Positions 58,042-64,000 of a DNA stretch of 64,000 nucleotides are shown in pieces. The notes under the pieces are model-generated. The model did not search any database and was not told the origin of the DNA. It saw only the letters and a list, made by a program, of their open reading frames with translations. Position numbers and translations under genes: made by a program. The stretch is from contig NC_135830.1 of NCBI RefSeq assembly GCF_964213995.1, positions 15,004,001 to 15,068,000 of the forward strand, written 5' to 3'. The number at the start of each line of letters is the position of its first letter. Within the stretch, counting starts at the first letter, position 1. The DNA comes from Mustelus asterias. Taxonomy: Eukaryota.

Positions 58042-59052
58042 ATGGAGAAACCATGGAAATGTGCGGATTGTGGGAAGGGATACAGAGCCCCATCTAAGCT
58101 GGAAGTTCATCGGCGCAACCACACTGGGGAGAGGCCATTCACCTGCTCTCAGTGTGGGAAGGGATTCACTCGGTTATCCCTCCTGCAGAGACACCAGCGA
58201 GTTCACACTGGAGAGAGGCCATTTACCTGCTCTCAATGTGGGAAGGGATTCAGTCAGTTATCCGACCTCCAGAGACACCAGCGAGTTCACACTGGGGAGA
58301 GACCGTTCACCTGCTCTCAGTGTAGGAAGGGATTCACTCAGTTATCCAGCCTGCAGACACACGAACGCGTTCACACTGGGGAGAGACCGTTCACCTGCTC
58401 TCAGTGTGGGAAGGGATTCACTCAGTTATCCACCCTGCGGACACACGAACAAGTTCACACTGGGGAGAAACCATTCACCTGCTCTCAGTGTGGGAAGGGA
58501 TTCACTCGGTCATCCCTCCTGCAGAGGCACCAGCGAGTTCACACTGGGGAGAGACCATTCAACTGTTCTCAGTGTGGGAAGGGATTCACGAACTCATCCA
58601 CCCTGCGGACACACGAACAAGTTCACACTGGGGAGAGACCGTTCACCTGCTCTCAGTGTGGGCAAGAATTCACTCTGTCAACCGACCTGCAGAGACACCA
58701 GCTACGTCACACAGGGGAGAGGCCGTTCACCTGCTCTCAGTGTGGGAAGGGATTCATTCTGTTATCCAGCCTGCGGAGACACCAGCGAGTTCACACTGGG
58801 GAGAAACCATTCATCTGCTCTGAGTGTGGGAAGGGATTCACTAACTCATCTGACCTGCAGACACACCAGCGAGTTCACACAGGGGAGAGGCCGTTCACCT
58901 GCTCTCAGTGTGGGGAGGGATTCACTCAGTCATCCAACTTGCAGAGACACCAGCGCATTCACACTGGGGAGAGACCATTCACCTGCTCTCAGTGTGGGAA
59001 GGGATTCAGAGTTTCATCCCACCTGCTGAGACACCAAGAAGTTCACGAGTGA
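58042..59052 (+). CDS. C2H2 zinc-finger gene ZNF8 (12 intact fingers)
   Basis: [10 protein letters not shown]...HQEVHE; an in-frame upstream ATG also at 58027. Confidence 0.92.
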   Translation: MEKPWKCADCGKGYRAPSKLEVHRRNHTGERPFTCSQCGKGFTRLSLLQRHQRVHTGERPFTCSQCGKGFSQLSDLQRHQRVHTGERPFTCSQCRKGFTQLSSLQTHERVHTGERPFTCSQCGKGFTQLSTLRTHEQVHTGEKPFTCSQCGKGFTRSSLLQRHQRVHTGERPFNCSQCGKGFTNSSTLRTHEQVHTGERPFTCSQCGQEFTLSTDLQRHQLRHTGERPFTCSQCGKGFILLSSLRRHQRVHTGEKPFICSECGKGFTNSSDLQTHQRVHTGERPFTCSQCGEGFTQSSNLQRHQRIHTGERPFTCSQCGKGFRVSSHLLRHQEVHE

Positions 59053-59277
59053 TTCCAGGGGTTGGATTCTGCTGTTATTGTTTCTGCTCTCAATTACATC
59101 CAGGACTGCATTTTGTTCGTTCTCACAGTTGGTCAATGGGGAGGGTCGGGGGGTTTCTTTCTGCTGGACTGGCCGGTCTCATGACTTTGCCTCCAGTGGG
59201 CTGATGCTCTTTGAGTCTTGTTGCAAATACCTGGTTTCAGATTTCACAAGGATCACAGAGTGACAGGGTGTTAGGAA

Positions 59278-59551
59278 GTTATAGAGGTTTACAACATGGA
59301 AACAGGCCCTTCGGCCCAACTTGTCCATGCCGCTCAGTTTTTACCACTAAGCAAGTCCCAATTGCCCGTATTTGGCCCATATCCCTCTGTACCCATCTTA
59401 CCATGTAACTGTCTAAATGCTTTTTAAAAGACAGAATTGCACCCACCTCTACCACTGCCTCTGGCAACTCATTCCAGACACTCACCACGACCTGAGTGAA
59501 AAACTGCCCCTCTGGACCCTTTTGTATCTCTCTCCTCTCACTTTAAACCTA
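59278..59551 (-). mobile_element. CR1 3' end
   Basis: ORF 59279-59488 WNELPEAVVE and a 3'UTR hairpin region. Confidence 0.8.
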
Positions 59552-59629
59552 AAACTAAGAACAAGAAATGTATCGATAAAATGATTAGAGAACAGAGCCA
59601 ACATTTTGAGTCTGAATGATGCTTCATAA

Positions 59630-59760
59630 GAGCTGTTATGAAGGGTCATCCATTATCGAAACTTTGGCTCCATTCTTCACAGATGCTGTCAGACCCGCTG
59701 AGATTTTCCAGCATTTTCTGTTTTTGTTTCAGATTCCAGCATCCGCAGTATTTTACTTAT
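59630..59760 (+). mobile_element. Short Penelope-related repeat with a degenerate hammerhead core (relatives at 46560-46660, 48520-48605, 57419-57555)
   Basis: atgaagggtcatcca..tcgaaac followed by acagatgctg.cagacc.gctgagattttccagcattttctg. Confidence 0.6.
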
Positions 59761-60149
59761 CTGATAATTTGATTTGGTCTGAGTGGAATCCCCACGACCC
59801 TCCCGCAAAACAGAGGGAGTGGTGGCAAAGGGAGAAAAAGGATAAGGATGATAAAGTCTGGGTTCTGATTCTCCGAGCCCATGTAGAATCAACAAAACCA
59901 GTGAACCAGTCTATAAAGAACGGAAGTTACCTATCCCTAACAAAAACTGATCAAATAAAAATAATTAGGTTGAGGAAGAGAACAAAAGAATTAATAGATT
60001 AAGTTTAAAATCAACTTTATTTTGTTGTTGGACAAGTTTTTAAAAATTATGTAAAGTGATGTAATTGTGTGCCAAGTGTTTTCTGCTCACTCCCCACCCC
60101 TTTAGATTCTGTAGAAAAGTTAACCCTTTCAGCAGACAGTTCATTTAGT

Positions 60150-63090
60150 GATAGAGGTTTCCAGCTTGGAAACGGGCCCTTCTGCCCAACTTGTCCATGC
60201 CGCCCCTTTTTTAACCCCTGTGCTAGTCCCAATTGCCCACGTTTGGCCCATATCCCTCGACACCCATCTTACCCATGTAACTGTCTAAACGCTTTTTAAA
60301 AGACAAAATTGTACCCGCCTCTACTACTAGCTCTGGCACCTTTTTTCAGACACTCACCACCCTCTGTGTGAAACAAATGCCCCTCTGGATCCTTCTGTGT
60401 CTCTCCCCTCTCACCTTAAACCTATGCCCTCTAGTTTTAGGCTCCCCTACCTTTGGGAAAAGATGTTGACTATCTCGCTGATCTATGTCCCTCATTATTT
60501 TATAGACCTCTATAAGATCACTACAAAGCCTCCTACATTCCAGGGAAAAAAGTCCCAGTCTATCCAGCCTCTCTTTATAACTCAAACCACCAAGTCCCGG
60601 TAGCATCCCAGTAAATCTTTTCTGCACTCTTTCTGGTTTAATAATATGCTTTCTATAATAGGGTGACCAGAACTGTACACAGTATTCCAAGTGTGGCCTT
60701 ACCAATGTCTTGTACAACTTCAACAAGACGTCCCAACTCCTGTATTCAATGTTCTGACCAACATGCAGAATGCCTTCTTCACCACTCTGTCCACCTGCAA
60801 CTCCATTTTCAAGGAGCTATGAACCTGTACCCCTAGATCTCTGTTCTGTAACTCTCCCCAACACACTACCATTAACTGAGTAAGTCCTGCCCTGGTTCGA
60901 TCGCCCAAAATGTATCACCTCGCATTTATCTGAATTAAACTCCATCTGCCATTTGTCAGTCCACTGGCCCCTCATTATTTTATAGACCTCTATAAGTTCA
61001 CCCCTCAGCCTCCTACATTCCAGGGAAAAAAGTCCCAGTCTATCCAGCCTCTCTTTATAACTCAAACCACCAAGTCCCGGTAGCATCCGAGTAAATCTTT
61101 TCTGCACTCTTTCCAGTTTAATAATATGCTTTCTATAATAGGGTGACCAGAACTGTACACAGTATTCCAAGTGTGGCCTTACCTATGTCTTGTACAACTT
61201 CAACAAGACGTCCCAACAAGATCATGCTACAATCCTAGATAACCTTCTTCACTGTCCACGATACCACCAACCTTGGTGTCATCTGAAAACTTACTAACCA
61301 TGCCTCCTACATTCTCATCCAAATCATTAATATAAATGACAAATAACAGTGGACCCAGCACCGATCCTTGAGGCACACCGCTGGTCACAGGCTCCAGTTT
61401 GAAAAACAACCTTCTACAACCACCCTCTGTCTTCTGTCATCAAGCCAGTTTTGTATCCATTTGGCGAACTCACCCTGGATTCCATTAGATTTAACCTTAA
61501 GCAACAATCTACCATGCGGTACCTTGTCAAAGGCCTTGCTAAAGTCCATGTAGACAGCATCACCTGTACTGCCCTCATCTACCTTCTTGGTTACCCCTTC
61601 AAAAAACTCAATCAAATTTGTGAGACATGATTTTCCACTCACAAAGCCATGCTGACCGTCCCTAATCAGTCCCTGCATCTCTAAATGCCTGTAGATCCTG
61701 TCTCTCAAATACCTTCTGACAACTTACAGATGTGAATCACACCGGCCTGTAGTTCCCAGGCTTTTCCCTGCAGCCCTTTTTAAACAAAGGCTCAACATTT
61801 GCCACCCTCCAATCTTCAGGCACCTCACCTGTGACTATCAATGATTCAAATATCTCTGCTCGGAGACCCGCAATTTCCTCTCTAGCCTCCCACAGTGTTC
61901 TGGGATACACTTCATCAGGTCCCGGGGATTTATCTACCTTGATGCGCTTTATGACTTCCAGCACCTCCTTCTCTGTTATAAGTACACTCCTCAAGACATC
62001 ACTTTATTTCCCCAAGTTCCCTAACATCCATGCTTTTCTCAACAATAAATAATGATGAAAAATATTCATTTATGATCTCACCCATCTCTTGTGGATCGGC
62101 ACATAGATGTCCTTGTTGATCCTTAAGAGGCCCTACTCTCTCCCGAGTTACTCTTTGGCCCTTTATGTATTTATAGAACCTCTTTGGATTCTCCTTTGCC
62201 TCATCTGCCAAAACAATCTCGTGTCCCCTTTTTGTCCTCCTGATTTCTCTCTTAATTCTACTCCTACACCCTCTATACTCTTCAAGGGATCCACTTGATC
62301 CCAGCTGCCTATGCATGTCATGTGCCTCCTTCTTCTTCTTGACCAGGGCCTCAATATCTTGAGTCAACCAGGGTTCTCGACTTCTACCAGCCTTGCCCAT
62401 CACTCTAAGAGCAATGTGCTTACACTGAACCCTGGTTAAAACACTTTTGAAAGCCTCCCACTTACCAGACGTCCCTTTGCCTTCCCACAGACTCTCCCAG
62501 TTAACTGTCGAAAGTTCCTGCCTGATACCATCAACATTGGCCTTGCCCTAATTTAGAATTTTAACTTTTGGACCTGACCAATCATTTTCCATAGGTATCT
62601 TAAAACTGATGGAATTATGGTCACTGGTCCCAAAGTGATCCCTCACGAACACTTTTGTCACCTGCCCTTCCTTATTTCCCAAGAGGAGGTCAGGTTTTGC
62701 CCCTCTCTAGTCGGGCCATCCACATACTGAATAAAAAATTCCTCCTGAATACACTCAACAAATTTCTCCCCATCCAAGCCTCGAATACTATGTCTGTCCC
62801 AGTCAATGTTGGGAAAGTTAAAATCCCCGACTATTACCACCCTATTTTTCTTGGAACTATCTGTAATCTCCTTACATATTTGCTCCTCAATTTTCCACCG
62901 ACTATTTGGGGGCCTATAGTACAACCCTATCAAAGTGATTTCCCCCTTCTTCTTTCTCAGTTCACCCCTTTTGACTCAGTAGGCGAACCCTCGGATATAT
63001 CCCCTCTCAGTACTGCCGTGATGTTTTCCTGAATCAAAAGTGCAACTCCCCCTCCTTTCTTTCCTCCTGTTCTGTCTTTCCTCTGGCATC
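60150..63090 (-). mobile_element. Degenerate, rearranged CR1 ORF2 with an ~250-bp internal duplication
   Basis: APE (YYRPP, GDFN) through RT fragments; 60488-60735 is repeated at 60968-61215. Confidence 0.9.
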
Positions 63091-64000
63091 TTGTTTTTAA
63101 CTTGTTTTTAAATCGCCCAGAAACTCGTGTCTATTTTAGTTTATAATTGTGGATTTATTGGAGCCAGTTAAATGTGGAAATTTTAAGCGTAGCCTGGAGG
63201 AATTTGGAATAACTATGAGAATTTTATTGTGTTGTCACCTCAACCCCAGATAAAGAACAAAGAGTTTGCAGGTGGTAACGTGTTTGGGATTTTAAATCAA
63301 CAAAGATTAGATGTTGCCGATAAAATCAGGCCTTGGAAGTTGGCTGAAAAAGGGTTAAGTTACAATGAAGGATCTTGCATCTTATTTTAATCAAGGAGTT
63401 GTGAGTTTGTAGTGCTCTGTCGCTTTAAGAAGCTACAGCTGCGAGAGAGAATGCTGAGGATTCATTGTTTGAAATTTACGAGCTGTGAGAATCTGTGTGT
63501 TTTGTTTGTTTTATGTGGATGTTTGTAGATGTGTTTTATCATTGTTTTGGGCTACATTTGTTAAGGTTTATCTTTCTGGGGAATTAACCTTACCTTGAGT
63601 CTTTAATTAAAGGCATTTTTGGGAGTTTAAAAACAGGATCACAAGAACGCTTAAGTAATTAATTTTGGTTATTGTTGTTGTAAAGCACATGCTAAGTTTC
63701 TCTGTTTGTGTATGGATGATATTTGTGGGTTGAACGCTTTAAGCTTTGAGGTTTTCTGTCTGTGATTTAAATCAAACAGATTTTTAAAAAGGAAGTGTAA
63801 TTAATAAAGCTTTTTTTTCAAAAGTTATGAACTTGGAGCCATATTTACTGGACAGAGACAGGATTCCAGGATATTTCACTAAACATGCGGGAATTTTAAT
63901 CCGGATACAATTCACTCATGAGAATGAGTTTTAATTTGTAATGGTTATTTAAAATTTGGGACATGTGAAATGATTCTGACCAATCCTGTGTTGGATTGAT

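Noticed and set aside
24924-59204. Long alternative-frame ORFs over the ZNF arrays (MWEGIHSVI.., ..[19 protein letters not shown]..)
   Set aside because: Shadow frames of the 84-bp finger repeat; no independent evidence of coding

Overview
Vertebrate nuclear DNA, most likely a shark (inferred from V-SINE/HE1-like SINEs, CR1 with (TTCTATG)n tails and 5S-like sequence). The window is a cluster of eight paralogous tandem C2H2 zinc-finger (ZNF) genes or pseudogenes, numbered ZNF1-8 from left to right. They share a modular design: a mirror-symmetric CpG promoter (CCAAT, ETS, NRF1-like sites), a short exon 1, a nearly invariant ~66-nt exon 2 block, and a last exon in which dead fingers and a conserved stop precede MEKPWKC. 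Several are head-to-head pairs, and there is a ~9-12 kb inverted segmental duplication. Retroelements are dense: an intact full-length Tx1-clade LINE in ZNF exon 1, a diverged second Tx1 at the same nucleotide of the paralog, an intact full-length CR1 whose ORF1 ends in a U UUA AAC -1 slippery site, many CR1/L2 fragments, two SINE families, Penelope pieces with hammerhead cores, solo-LTR-like segments, and tRNA-Phe and 5S pseudogenes. The best leads are a Tx1 that may target ZNF promoters, possible -1 frameshifting in CR1, and the ultraconserved ZNF 5' module. All comparisons were made by eye and splice sites are predictions.
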